A stretch of 64,000 bases of DNA from a virus. This document shows, piece after piece, positions 49,025 to 58,949 of this stretch. Location of the stretch: positions 1-64,000 of the IMG/VR virus record IMGVR_UViG_3300046786_000157. The stretch is one strand, 5' to 3'. The translations under genes were made by a program, and so were the position numbers. Each line of letters starts with the position of its first letter. Within the stretch, counting starts at the first letter, position 1. The notes beneath the pieces are model-generated. The model was not told the origin of the DNA. It searched no databases and saw only the letters and a list, made by a program, of their open reading frames with translations.

Positions 49025-49644
49025 TGTCAGTAATTACACTATCTTACAAAATTGAAGGCTTTTTGAAAATCTACGACCCTAATGACGGGGAAGTATTCGT
49101 AGACAAGCACAATGCCATCAACTACGAAAATATGTCGGAAGCTATCGCTGACACACTAAGCAGTCGTGGTTACGGGGAAATCTATCAAATGGCTTTCGGT
49201 AACGGTGGTGCGTCAGTTGACGAAACCGGCGTTATTACGTATTTGCCACCTAATACGACTGGTCAAAATGCCGCACTGTATAATCAAACATATGAAAAAA
49301 TCGTTGACGATACTAGCGTTTTCAACTTAGATCCTACACGTAACAAAATGACAGTTTCCCACACTACAGGGAAAGTATACACTGACATTTTAGTTCAATG
49401 TCTATTAGACTACGGTGAGCCTGCAGGCCAAGCCGCGTTTGATAACAGCACACAGACTGATTCAAGCTACATTTTTGACGAATTGGGCTTATTGGCAAAC
49501 TACGGAAATGATAATGACGGCAACGTAATCACACGATTATTGACTCATGTTATCTTTCACCCTGTTCAAAAGTCATTGAACAGACAAATTCAAATAGATT
49601 ATACAGTTAGAATTCAAAGCTTGACTAACTTAGTAACAATTTAA
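49024..49644 (+). CDS. Conserved virion/baseplate-associated protein (possibly a tail-fibre attachment, collar-fibre N-terminal-like domain)
   Basis: Lies between the giant wedge and a fibre gene; C-terminal YIFDELGL...KSLNRQIQIDYTVRI pattern. Confidence 0.45.
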   Translation: MSVITLSYKIEGFLKIYDPNDGEVFVDKHNAINYENMSEAIADTLSSRGYGEIYQMAFGNGGASVDETGVITYLPPNTTGQNAALYNQTYEKIVDDTSVFNLDPTRNKMTVSHTTGKVYTDILVQCLLDYGEPAGQAAFDNSTQTDSSYIFDELGLLANYGNDNDGNVITRLLTHVIFHPVQKSLNRQIQIDYTVRIQSLTNLVTI

Positions 49645-49652
49645 GATAAATA
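49645..49652 (+). promoter_or_regulatory. Late promoter GATAAATA
   Basis: Intergenic, upstream of the SD GGAG of the 49676 gene. Confidence 0.65.
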
Positions 49653-49675
49653 ACAGAATATCGGAGTGATTTAAT

Positions 49676-50884
49676 ATGGCATATACAATTGTAAAGAGTG
49701 ATGGTACGGTACTGACAACTATTGCAGACGGAACTATCAACACAACAAGTACTTCACAGGGGTTGCCCGGAAGGAACTATGCTGGCTACGGACAAACACT
49801 AGACACTAACTTTGTGCATCAGTTGGAAAACTTTGCGGATGTAAATCCTCCTGCAAACCCTATCAGAGGCCAGTTGTGGTATAACACTAACACACAAGTT
49901 TTATTAGTTTGCCCTACAGACGGCGAAACTAACCCAGCTAACTGGTTCTCATTGACTTCTACCGCTAGCGGTGGAGCAACAACTTTTGGTTCTGTTACTG
50001 TTACTGGTAACTTGCAAGCAAATAACGTAATTGCTACTAACAACGTTCAGGGCGCAAACGGTATTTTTACTAACATCTCAGTAAGTGCTAACGCTAACAT
50101 TGCAGTAGGTAATATTACATCTGCGATACTAGGTACTGCTAATACTACTGCGATTACTTCAGGTTCAAATACGACAGCAGGCTCGTTAACAGGTACTTGG
50201 ACAGCTAACGGTGGATCATCTGGTAATACATTCGTTATTACTAACGGTAACTTGTACATTGCCAATACAGCTAGTGCAGGTATTAAATCAGATTTCTATT
50301 ACTACTCAAACGGTAGCCCAATCTCATTCGCAGGTACATATTCTAACGCTAACGTAGCGTCATATTTACCTACATACAACGGTGTAATTTTAACTACTAC
50401 AACCCAAGCTACTACATTGACAACTGGTGCAAATACAACAGCAGGTACAGTGACAGGTAATTGGACATTGAGTACAGGTTCACGCTTGAATGCTACATAC
50501 GCTGACTTGGCAGAACGCTTTGAGGCAGATGCATTCTATGATGCTGGTACTGTAGTTGAACTAGGTGGTGATAAAGAAATCACTGCGGTTCAGTATGAAT
50601 TGTCTGAAGACGTATTTGGCGTCGTATCTGACACAGCGGCTTACTTGATGAATGCGGGCGCAGGATCTGACACAACTCACCCTCCAATCGCAGTATCAGG
50701 TCGTGTTCAAGTTAAAGTTAAGGGTAAAGTCCGTAAGGGTCAACGCTTAGTTTCAGCAGGAAGAGGTATTGCACGTGCGGCAAATGACGGGGAAGCAACT
50801 GCATTTAACGTAATAGGTAGATCATTGGAACATAAAACAGACGATGCCATTGGCACAGTCTTAGCAATGGTAACGGTTAAATAA
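49676..50884 (+). CDS. Tail-fibre/spike-like protein with a C-terminal intramolecular-chaperone (peptidase G2/IMC-like) domain
   Basis: Thr/Asn/Gly-rich beta-helix-like middle, then YADLAERF...GTVV...VFGVVS..AAYLMN...PIAVSGRVQVKV.GKVRKGQRLVS...VIGRSLE. Confidence 0.75.
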   Translation: MAYTIVKSDGTVLTTIADGTINTTSTSQGLPGRNYAGYGQTLDTNFVHQLENFADVNPPANPIRGQLWYNTNTQVLLVCPTDGETNPANWFSLTSTASGGATTFGSVTVTGNLQANNVIATNNVQGANGIFTNISVSANANIAVGNITSAILGTANTTAITSGSNTTAGSLTGTWTANGGSSGNTFVITNGNLYIANTASAGIKSDFYYYSNGSPISFAGTYSNANVASYLPTYNGVILTTTTQATTLTTGANTTAGTVTGNWTLSTGSRLNATYADLAERFEADAFYDAGTVVELGGDKEITAVQYELSEDVFGVVSDTAAYLMNAGAGSDTTHPPIAVSGRVQVKVKGKVRKGQRLVSAGRGIARAANDGEATAFNVIGRSLEHKTDDAIGTVLAMVTVK

Positions 50885-50894
50885 GGAATAAAGA

Positions 50895-51845
50895 ATGTCA
50901 TACGCACAATTTGGTACAATTGAAGCAACTGATTACAACAACATGGTTGGTGGTAATCCAGTAACTACTTCAGGTAAATTAAACACAGTATGGGCTACAG
51001 GTGGTTCTACTGCAGGTTATGGCCAAACTGCGGCCGCAAACGTTAGTGTTGGTGGAACAGTTACTGCTACTAACTGGGCCGCACTTGTCTCTAATACAGC
51101 AAGCGCAGCCGCACATCAAGGCACAAGTATTACTTCTGTTACTGCACCCGTTTCTGGTGGTATAGTAACATATTTGTCTGCTATTCCTACTAACTTAACA
51201 ACTATCTACGGTAGTCGTTTAAATGCAGCCACACAAGGTAGTACAACATCAAACACTGCTACTATCGGTACAACATGGTCACAATTAGCAACGTTCACTC
51301 ACACTGTTACATTTGCTAACGGTGATGCCGCACGTTACTTCTTTAACTCAGGTGGTCAGTTAGCAATTACTTGCGCTCAATCAGGTGCATCTGGTATTAA
51401 CTTGTTATTCAATAACTTATGCTCTAACGTTGGCACAGTTGTTATGTCAGCTCCTACTTCAGGTTCAGTTTCAATTGCAGGCACAAGCTATAACGGTATT
51501 ACTAAAGTCGGTGGCGGTGGTAACGCTCCTACTATCAGTAGTGGTAGTGGTTATTATGCCATGACTACTGCAAACGCAACTTGTTTCACACAAACTGCTA
51601 GTACAGGTCCTAGTGGCTATCTAAGCACATTTATTCGTATTTTAGCTAAGAGTAACGGTACACAAGGTTCAAATGCTGATGCAGGCTCAGTCATTACTAT
51701 CTATACTATTTGGGACGAAGTTCCTGATGGTCTAGTTGTAGCCTCAGGTGGTACTACTACGTTGACTGTTCGCCCACCAGAAACAACTAATTTGGCTAAT
51801 AGTTGGGGTACTATTTCAGTGACCGGAACTGTCTCTGTAGTATAA
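50895..51845 (+). CDS. Thr/Ser/Gly-rich virion structural protein
   Basis: Composition and position in the late module; contains TVTFANGDAARYFFNSGG. Confidence 0.55.
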   Translation: MSYAQFGTIEATDYNNMVGGNPVTTSGKLNTVWATGGSTAGYGQTAAANVSVGGTVTATNWAALVSNTASAAAHQGTSITSVTAPVSGGIVTYLSAIPTNLTTIYGSRLNAATQGSTTSNTATIGTTWSQLATFTHTVTFANGDAARYFFNSGGQLAITCAQSGASGINLLFNNLCSNVGTVVMSAPTSGSVSIAGTSYNGITKVGGGGNAPTISSGSGYYAMTTANATCFTQTASTGPSGYLSTFIRILAKSNGTQGSNADAGSVITIYTIWDEVPDGLVVASGGTTTLTVRPPETTNLANSWGTISVTGTVSVV

Positions 51846-51867
51846 TTTTATCAAGTCTTTGTATCTA

Positions 51868-51893
51868 TCTAAATACTTGCAGGAGTATTTATG
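51868..51893 (+). promoter_or_regulatory. Late promoter TCTAAATA embedded in a hairpin that sequesters the SD
   Basis: Stem 51870-51878 pairs with 51883-51891 (TAAATACTT-gcag-GAGTATTTA), covering AGGAG and the A of the ATG. Confidence 0.65.
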
Positions 51894-52196
51894 GATACAA
51901 AGACATTAATCGCTGAAGCCAAAGCCCGCTTCAATCACAATTCAACTAAAGCATATCTCAAAGACAAATACGATGGTAAACTTATCGTAGCCGAACAAGG
52001 TGGTCTTTGGAAAGCTAACTTAGAAACAATCAATTTTCTCAACGCAACAGATAAAGAAAAGGTCATTCTAATTGACACTTTTAATAATCCTGTGCAAGTT
52101 GACAGACAAGAACTATTATCTATCTTGCAAAATACATACGAGTCTGTTATGGATGAGTGGTATAATGAATGGTCTGATTTAGAGAAAAAACGATGA
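51891..52196 (+). CDS. Hypothetical protein, first gene of the GT/radical-SAM operon
   Basis: 101 aa, SD AGGAG, ATGA overlap with the next gene. Confidence 0.75.
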   Translation: MDTKTLIAEAKARFNHNSTKAYLKDKYDGKLIVAEQGGLWKANLETINFLNATDKEKVILIDTFNNPVQVDRQELLSILQNTYESVMDEWYNEWSDLEKKR

Positions 52197-52999
52197 GCAG
52201 AGGCGCATTACTATTTGCGTTTAACTCTCCCAAGTACAACTACTATGCAATGGCAGTTGCTACAGCTAAACGAATCAATAACTTTTTGGGACTACCTGTT
52301 ACGGTCGTTACTGATGAAGAATCAGCGAAGACCGACACCTCATACGAGTTTGATAATGTAATTATTGCTGACGCTGACAAGACAAACACTAGAGACAATA
52401 CTCTTTGGCTTAATAAAGGACGATATCGTGCGTATGAGCTAAGTCCATATGACGAAACTCTATTGTTAGACACGGACTATGTTGTCAATTCAGATAAGTT
52501 GTTAAAGACATTTGATACCGGTAATGATTTTTGCTGTCACGATACTACAAGTTTCATGATGCACCCTGGTGTACCGCAAGAAGTATTAAGCGCCTATAGT
52601 TTCAACACATTGTGGGCTACTGTAATCATGTTCAGAAAAACACAACGAGCTAAACATATATTTGAATGCTTAGAAATGGTTCAGAAAAACTATAATCACT
52701 ATGCTAACATTCACAACTTTATTGGTGGTGTATTCAGAAATGACTATGCATTGACACTAGCATTACGTATTGCAAACGGGCATAGCGAAGACCCTTCAGA
52801 TATTATCCCATGGAACTTATTACACGTAGGTAAGAATACAAGTGTCTATAAGAACAATGATGATGAATTTAATACCGAATATACTGTTATGTTTGACAAT
52901 TGGCAACGTGGTAAAATCCGCAAAGAATATACAATCATTAAAGATTGTGATTTCCATGTGATGAATAAAGATAACTTTATGGAGCTAATCAATGAATAA
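52193..52999 (+). CDS. GT-A fold glycosyltransferase-like protein
   Basis: Motif AYELSPYDETLLLDTDY (DxD); N-terminal beta strand GALLFAF; VTVVTD. Confidence 0.7.
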   Translation: MSRGALLFAFNSPKYNYYAMAVATAKRINNFLGLPVTVVTDEESAKTDTSYEFDNVIIADADKTNTRDNTLWLNKGRYRAYELSPYDETLLLDTDYVVNSDKLLKTFDTGNDFCCHDTTSFMMHPGVPQEVLSAYSFNTLWATVIMFRKTQRAKHIFECLEMVQKNYNHYANIHNFIGGVFRNDYALTLALRIANGHSEDPSDIIPWNLLHVGKNTSVYKNNDDEFNTEYTVMFDNWQRGKIRKEYTIIKDCDFHVMNKDNFMELINE

Positions 53000-53750
53000 A
53001 GGATTTGTCATAATGGCACAGGGTGATGATTATGTTGCCTGTGCTACTGAACTAGAAGCAAGCATTAAGAAAGTTATGCCTGATGCCAATGTAACAATAG
53101 TGACAACTGATATGTTACCACACGGTGATCAGGCCCCAAACACTAATTGGAAGCTACAAAACGATTGGCAAGTTTATGAAGCTAGCCCTTACGAATATAC
53201 GATCAAGTTAGAAGCTGACATGATTATCCCACGTTCGATTGAACATTGGTGGGACATATTAAAGTCACGTGATGTTGTTGTATCAACTACTATCAGAAAC
53301 TATAAAGGTTTGATATCTGAAGTCAGGGGATACCGCAGATTTATCACTGACAATTATTTACCTGACACATACAATGCGATTACTTATTTTAAGAAATCAG
53401 ACACTGCTAAACAATTCTTTGAAATTGTACGTGATGTATTTGAGAATTGGGATGAATATAAAGCTATGTTGAAATGTAATCCTGATGAAATTGCAACTAC
53501 AGATTGGGCGTATGCAATTGCATCGCATATTGTAGGTGTTGAGAAAACACTACTACCAAGCTTTACCGAAATGGGAATGATTCACATGAAGCAATTCATT
53601 AATGAACTGCCCACTGAGAATTGGACAGACACATTGCTATACGAGATTACCCCTGATGCACTTAGAGTAAACACATATACACAATCATACCCATTTCACT
53701 ATCATGTAAAGTCATTTGCTAAACAGTTAAGGAACTATAATGGAAGATAA
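52992..53750 (+). CDS. GT-A fold glycosyltransferase-like protein (paralog of the previous gene)
   Basis: Motif VYEASPYEYTIKLEADM (ExD variant) aligns with AYELSPYDETLLLDTDY; the F.K...AK.FF/IF segment and the D.A..(I/L)A helix are shared. Confidence 0.65.
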   Translation: MNKGFVIMAQGDDYVACATELEASIKKVMPDANVTIVTTDMLPHGDQAPNTNWKLQNDWQVYEASPYEYTIKLEADMIIPRSIEHWWDILKSRDVVVSTTIRNYKGLISEVRGYRRFITDNYLPDTYNAITYFKKSDTAKQFFEIVRDVFENWDEYKAMLKCNPDEIATTDWAYAIASHIVGVEKTLLPSFTEMGMIHMKQFINELPTENWTDTLLYEITPDALRVNTYTQSYPFHYHVKSFAKQLRNYNGR

Positions 53751-54084
53751 TGAATTAATCGTTCTTTGGGAAGCTCCAAAGATTGTTCCGCCCGAATTTA
53801 GGCTATATTATGATGACACAGGTCGTGTAGTGTGTTATACTTGTGAGAAGCTTGATGGAAACTACATAGTTATAGATGCAATGACATTTGCACAGGGTAG
53901 ACCTGATGTTAGAGTAGTTGATGGGAAGTTATCAACTGTATCCTCTAATCTAGTAGTTTCAAAACTAATTCCCGATACTGATGGAATTAGTTGTTCTGTT
54001 GACGATATAAGTATTGTCATAACTGAACCTGATTATCAAGGCACTGTACAGAAATGGAAACTACACACGTATGAACTCAGATGA
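53740..54084 (+). CDS. Hypothetical protein
   Basis: 114 aa, overlapping both neighbouring genes in the operon. Confidence 0.7.
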   Translation: MEDNELIVLWEAPKIVPPEFRLYYDDTGRVVCYTCEKLDGNYIVIDAMTFAQGRPDVRVVDGKLSTVSSNLVVSKLIPDTDGISCSVDDISIVITEPDYQGTVQKWKLHTYELR

Positions 54085-55024
54085 TATTATTGACGTAGCT
54101 GATTTAGATTGTATCTATCTCAGCTATGATGAACCGCAGAAAGAAGAATTTTGGCTTAAGATTAAGAACATGGTGCCTTGGGCAAAACGTGTTGATGGAG
54201 TCAAGGGCAGTGATGCGGCTCACAAAGCCGCAGGTGAAGCAAGTGATACAGAACGTTTCATTCTAATTGACGGCGACAACATGCCTGACGAAGATTTCTT
54301 CAACATTCAATTAGACTTCACTGACAAAGAGCCTTCTTTTAAGAAAGCACAGTTTAGATGGAAAGCTGTTAACAGTATTAACGGCTTGCGTTACGGCAAC
54401 GGTGGCATGAGTAGTTGGACTAAAACCTACGTTGCTAACATGAAAACACACGAACATCAAACAGAAGGTGATGTGTCACGTATTGCTGATTTCTGTATGG
54501 GTGGCAATGATAATTTATATTGGGCTATGTACAATTGTTATAGTACAACATATCCTAACTATACGCCATTTCAAGCATGGCGTGCAGGGTTCCGTGAAGG
54601 AGTCAAGATGAGTTTAGACAGGGGTGCTAGACCATCTGTAGAGCAGTTTAAAGAAACTGTAGCAACACGCAACTTAAACAACTTAACTATCTGGCACAAT
54701 GTGGGTATGGACGCAGAGAATGGACAGTGGGCAATCATGGGTGCTCGTATGGGTACACACATGACTATGCTTACAGACTGGGACCATGCTAATGTTCAAT
54801 GGTTTGATAACTATATTGAAATGTGGGAAACAGTTAAGAACGAAGACCCATTAGAACTATCAGAATCATATGGCATTGAACTAAGTACAAAACTAGGATT
54901 GCCTATGTGTGCGTTAGATAGTGAACAATCAAAGTTCTTTAAACGCCACTACAATAGTGATAAACATAACTTAGATCCACTAGTCACTGAAATGGATGTT
55001 ATTCGTAGAATTGAAGGCTGGTAA
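54071..55024 (+). CDS. GT-A fold (GT2-like) glycosyltransferase-like protein
   Basis: CIYLSYDEP, then RVDGVKGSDAAHKAA, FILIDGDN (DxD) and GNGG; this motif order is typical of GT-A. Confidence 0.65.
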   Translation: MNSDDIIDVADLDCIYLSYDEPQKEEFWLKIKNMVPWAKRVDGVKGSDAAHKAAGEASDTERFILIDGDNMPDEDFFNIQLDFTDKEPSFKKAQFRWKAVNSINGLRYGNGGMSSWTKTYVANMKTHEHQTEGDVSRIADFCMGGNDNLYWAMYNCYSTTYPNYTPFQAWRAGFREGVKMSLDRGARPSVEQFKETVATRNLNNLTIWHNVGMDAENGQWAIMGARMGTHMTMLTDWDHANVQWFDNYIEMWETVKNEDPLELSESYGIELSTKLGLPMCALDSEQSKFFKRHYNSDKHNLDPLVTEMDVIRRIEGW

Positions 55025-56421
55025 TGTCAGAACAAGACAGAATTAAAACAATCAAAATTAAGATAGAGAACGAAGCAACACCTTCATTCTGTCTTGCCAA
55101 ATGGCATCACGTAACTATGTACTTACAATCAGGTGAGACACATAGTTGTTATCATCCCAAGCCACATAAGATTCCGTTAAGTGAATTGGCTGATAACCCA
55201 TCAGCATTGCATAATACTTACGAAAAGAAACTTGAACGTAAGATGATGTTAGACGGTGGCAAGCCAGAGGGCTGTCAGTACTGCTGGAACATTGAAGCAA
55301 TGGGTCCGGACTATATAAGTGATAGGCATATCCGCAACAGTAGCATTTTTACAGAGGAGAGATATGAGCAAACCCTTAAAGGTCCTTGGGATCAAAATAT
55401 CAACCCTGAATATCTGGAAATCAACTTCGGGAACGAATGTAATTTTAAATGTGGATATTGCCACCCCAAATATTCCACTAGATTCTACAATGAGATTAAA
55501 GATCACGGTCCTGTCACTACAGTAACGAATCATCGTTGCGACATTGATTGGATGAAGCTATATCAACGTGAAGAAGAAAATCCTTATGTTGACGCATTTT
55601 GGAAATGGTGGCCTGAACTACGCAAGACATTAAACATCATGCGAGTTACTGGTGGTGAGCCTACAATGCACACTAGTACATGGAAATTGTTGAAAGAGAT
55701 TGAACAAGATCCTATGCCATGGTTAGAACTAAACATCAACAGTAACTTAGGTACAAAGACAGCACTAGTTGAAAAGTTAGCAACATCAGTAAAGACATTA
55801 TGCGATGATGGTAAGATTCGCAGTTTCAAATTGTTTACTAGCTTAGATACATGGGGACCACGTGCTGAATATATCCGTACCGGATTAGACTTAGAATTGT
55901 GGGAAAAGAACTTTCACACATATCTACAGAATACAGACAGCCCGATCACTTTCATGATTACTTTCAATATCTTTAGTGTAACAACATTCAAAGAATTCTT
56001 GGGTAAATTCTTAGAATGGCGTAAACAATATGGATGGTATGAAGACAAAGACTCTGACAAACATCGTATTCGTTTTGATACTCCGTACTTGCGTGATCCT
56101 ATTCAATATGATATGAACATTCTACCTAAAGAAGAATTCATGCCCTATATGCATGATGCATTGAAGTTCATGGAAGAACATGTAGACGACAATAAAGCAG
56201 AAGCATTTACTACAATTGAATATGAAAAGTTCAAGCGTGTAGTAGATTACATGGCTGAAACTATGTATCCTGACAGTAAATTGATAGAAGGTCGTAGAGA
56301 TTTCTACAATTGGTTCAATGAATTAGATGAACGCAGAGATGCAGACATGTTATCAGTGTTCCCCGAGTACATGAATTTTTACCGTCTTTGTCAAGAAGTT
56401 AATCAATTAAATCCAAAATGA
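55024..56421 (+). CDS. Radical SAM enzyme 1 with N-terminal SPASM/twitch-like domain
   Basis: CNFKCGYC and TGGEPT; N-terminal FCLAKWHH...HSCYHP...CQYC. Confidence 0.92.
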   Translation: MSEQDRIKTIKIKIENEATPSFCLAKWHHVTMYLQSGETHSCYHPKPHKIPLSELADNPSALHNTYEKKLERKMMLDGGKPEGCQYCWNIEAMGPDYISDRHIRNSSIFTEERYEQTLKGPWDQNINPEYLEINFGNECNFKCGYCHPKYSTRFYNEIKDHGPVTTVTNHRCDIDWMKLYQREEENPYVDAFWKWWPELRKTLNIMRVTGGEPTMHTSTWKLLKEIEQDPMPWLELNINSNLGTKTALVEKLATSVKTLCDDGKIRSFKLFTSLDTWGPRAEYIRTGLDLELWEKNFHTYLQNTDSPITFMITFNIFSVTTFKEFLGKFLEWRKQYGWYEDKDSDKHRIRFDTPYLRDPIQYDMNILPKEEFMPYMHDALKFMEEHVDDNKAEAFTTIEYEKFKRVVDYMAETMYPDSKLIEGRRDFYNWFNELDERRDADMLSVFPEYMNFYRLCQEVNQLNPK

Positions 56422-57713
56422 CAAAGAAAATAAAAAAGCTTTCTAAGAAGGCAATACCTAGTAAAGATATATTGACTAACGGTAAGTCATTCTGTATCAT
56501 CCCGTGGGTTCACTTGCACACTACTCCTAGCGGGGTAGCCGCCCCCTGCTGTATTGCTGAATCGTGTGCTACTGAAGAGGGTGTAGGTAACTCTAGAACA
56601 CAGTCATTGATGGAAATTGTGAACTCTGATAAGATGAAGGAACTACGTTTGGATATGTTATCAGACGTAAGAAATCCTGAATGTATAAAATGTCATAATC
56701 ACGAAGATCAAAATGTAGTGAGTTTTCGTAAACATGCAAATAAAGATTATGAAGACTACTTTGATGATGTAATGTCACAAACAATGAGTGACGGATCATT
56801 GAAAGAATTCAAGATGCGTTACTTTGACATACGTTTCAGTAACATTTGCAACTTCAAATGCAGAACATGTGGATCAGGATTCAGCACACAATGGGAACAA
56901 GAAGATTTAAAGAACAATGTATGGTTTGCCAGAACAATTCCAAAGAATGATAACAAAGACTTTTTGGGTGAAGTTGTAGGGCAAATCGAACACATAGATA
57001 CTGCATATTTTGCGGGCGGAGAGCCCTTGATTACAGAAGAACATTATGTTATACTTGAAGAAATGATCCGTGAGGGCAGAACGGATATCCAATTAAGGTA
57101 TAATACTAATTTGAGTAATTTAAAGTTTAAAGACAAAGATTTACTAAGTCTTTGGAGCAAGTTTAAGAAACACATTATGATTTACGCTAGTGTGGATCAT
57201 TACGGAGATCGTGCTGAATACATTAGAAGTGGTACTGATTGGGGAGTAGTAGAGAACAATTTCTTAACAGCTAAGAAAACACCCTATATACACTTGCAAA
57301 TGAATACTGTGTTAAGCGTATTCAATTGCTTAACTATACACGAATTCTATCAATATTTGATAGACAAAGAACTATATAAGCCCAATGATAATATCTATAG
57401 CTTATATAACATGTCTACCCCTGAACATCTATCATGTCATATCTTGCCCTCAACGTTGAAAGAGCGCGGTAAGTTAAGCATTCAGAATGCTATGAAAGTA
57501 ATGAGTGACCATAAATTTACTCAGGGTAAAATAAATGAACTAGAAAAGTCAATTGGTTGGATTTACGCAAGAGATACATGGGAAGAACAAAAGACAAAGT
57601 TCCAACAAGAATTGATGAGATTAGATAAAATTCGAGGTGAAAGCTTTGAAAGAACATTCCCTGAATTGAGAGAGCTATTACCATTTAACAGAAAAAGATT
57701 ATTTCCTATATGA
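56418..57713 (+). CDS. Radical SAM enzyme 2 with N-terminal SPASM/twitch-like domain
   Basis: CNFKCRTC and AGGEPL; N-terminal FCIIPWVH...G...PCC...CIKC. Confidence 0.93.
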   Translation: MTKKIKKLSKKAIPSKDILTNGKSFCIIPWVHLHTTPSGVAAPCCIAESCATEEGVGNSRTQSLMEIVNSDKMKELRLDMLSDVRNPECIKCHNHEDQNVVSFRKHANKDYEDYFDDVMSQTMSDGSLKEFKMRYFDIRFSNICNFKCRTCGSGFSTQWEQEDLKNNVWFARTIPKNDNKDFLGEVVGQIEHIDTAYFAGGEPLITEEHYVILEEMIREGRTDIQLRYNTNLSNLKFKDKDLLSLWSKFKKHIMIYASVDHYGDRAEYIRSGTDWGVVENNFLTAKKTPYIHLQMNTVLSVFNCLTIHEFYQYLIDKELYKPNDNIYSLYNMSTPEHLSCHILPSTLKERGKLSIQNAMKVMSDHKFTQGKINELEKSIGWIYARDTWEEQKTKFQQELMRLDKIRGESFERTFPELRELLPFNRKRLFPI

Positions 57714-58948
57714 CAATTAACTTAAACAAAGAATATTTGCTGAATGAAAGCAAAGTGTTTTGTATGTTCCCGTGGATGCACTTGAACGTAACACCAAAGG
57801 GAGATATCTACCCATGCTGTTCAAATGATTACACAAAGCCCTACGGAAACACTAAGGAAATGTCATTGAAAGAAGCCTTCAATACTGATAAGATGAAGGA
57901 ATTACGTTTGGATATGTTAAATGACAGACCAAATTCAATGTGTGATTTCTGCTACAAACACGAAGATTCAGGCCCTCATTCATTCCGTAACTATAGCAAA
58001 GAACAATTCAGTAAGCACTTTGATGAAATTGTGCCCACTACATTAGAAGACGGTACAGTCCCTGAATTTAAAATGCACTATTTTGATATTCGCTTTAGTA
58101 ATATCTGTAACTTCAAATGCAGAACATGTGGCTCTGAATTCAGTAGTCAATGGGGAGCAGAAATGCGAGCCAATCATGATCCAAAACACCCTATTGTAAT
58201 TCATGCTGATTCAAAGGGTAACTTGTTGAATGAAGTATTAGAACATGTAGAACATATCGACCTAGCGTACTTTGCAGGTGGCGAACCAACACTAACCGAA
58301 GAGCATTACATTATGCTTGAGGAAATGATTCGCAAAGGCCGTACTGACATTACATTACGCTACAATACTAACGCTAGTAATATCAAGTTCAAAGACTATG
58401 ATTTGTTAGACATGTGGAAACACTTTAAGAAGATTGAATTAAGTTGCTCAGTAGATCATTACGGTGAACGTGCTGAATGGTTGCGTAGTGGTACTGATTG
58501 GGGCGTTGTTGAAAGTAACTTACTAAAGTTTAGAGACTTAGAATATGTTAGTTTCCAGATGAATACTGTATTCAGTATCTTTAATTATAGCACAATTGGT
58601 GAATTCTATCAGTACCTGAAAGATAAGGGAATTGTACGTAGAGAAGACTGGTATCACAGTCTATATCTTGCAGTACATCCTAGCTATTACTGTGCAAAAT
58701 CATTACCTAAATCATTGAAGATTGAAGCCGCAAGTAAAGCAATGGCATGGGCAAACAATAACACACAAGATGGAACAAGCTTATCACGACTAATCACAGA
58801 CGCTGTTAACTTTGCATCTAGTAGTGATACCTGGCAAGAAAACAAAGACATTTTCATGCAACACACAGGTTCAATTGATAGAATTAGAAATGAAAGTTTA
58901 TGGAAAACTTTCCCCGAATTAAATAGCTTGAGAGACTTAACAGAATAA
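57710..58948 (+). CDS. Radical SAM enzyme 3 with N-terminal SPASM/twitch-like domain
   Basis: CNFKCRTC and AGGEPT; N-terminal FCMFPWMH...GDIYPCC...CDFC. Confidence 0.93.
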   Translation: MTINLNKEYLLNESKVFCMFPWMHLNVTPKGDIYPCCSNDYTKPYGNTKEMSLKEAFNTDKMKELRLDMLNDRPNSMCDFCYKHEDSGPHSFRNYSKEQFSKHFDEIVPTTLEDGTVPEFKMHYFDIRFSNICNFKCRTCGSEFSSQWGAEMRANHDPKHPIVIHADSKGNLLNEVLEHVEHIDLAYFAGGEPTLTEEHYIMLEEMIRKGRTDITLRYNTNASNIKFKDYDLLDMWKHFKKIELSCSVDHYGERAEWLRSGTDWGVVESNLLKFRDLEYVSFQMNTVFSIFNYSTIGEFYQYLKDKGIVRREDWYHSLYLAVHPSYYCAKSLPKSLKIEAASKAMAWANNNTQDGTSLSRLITDAVNFASSSDTWQENKDIFMQHTGSIDRIRNESLWKTFPELNSLRDLTE

Positions 58949-58949
58949 T

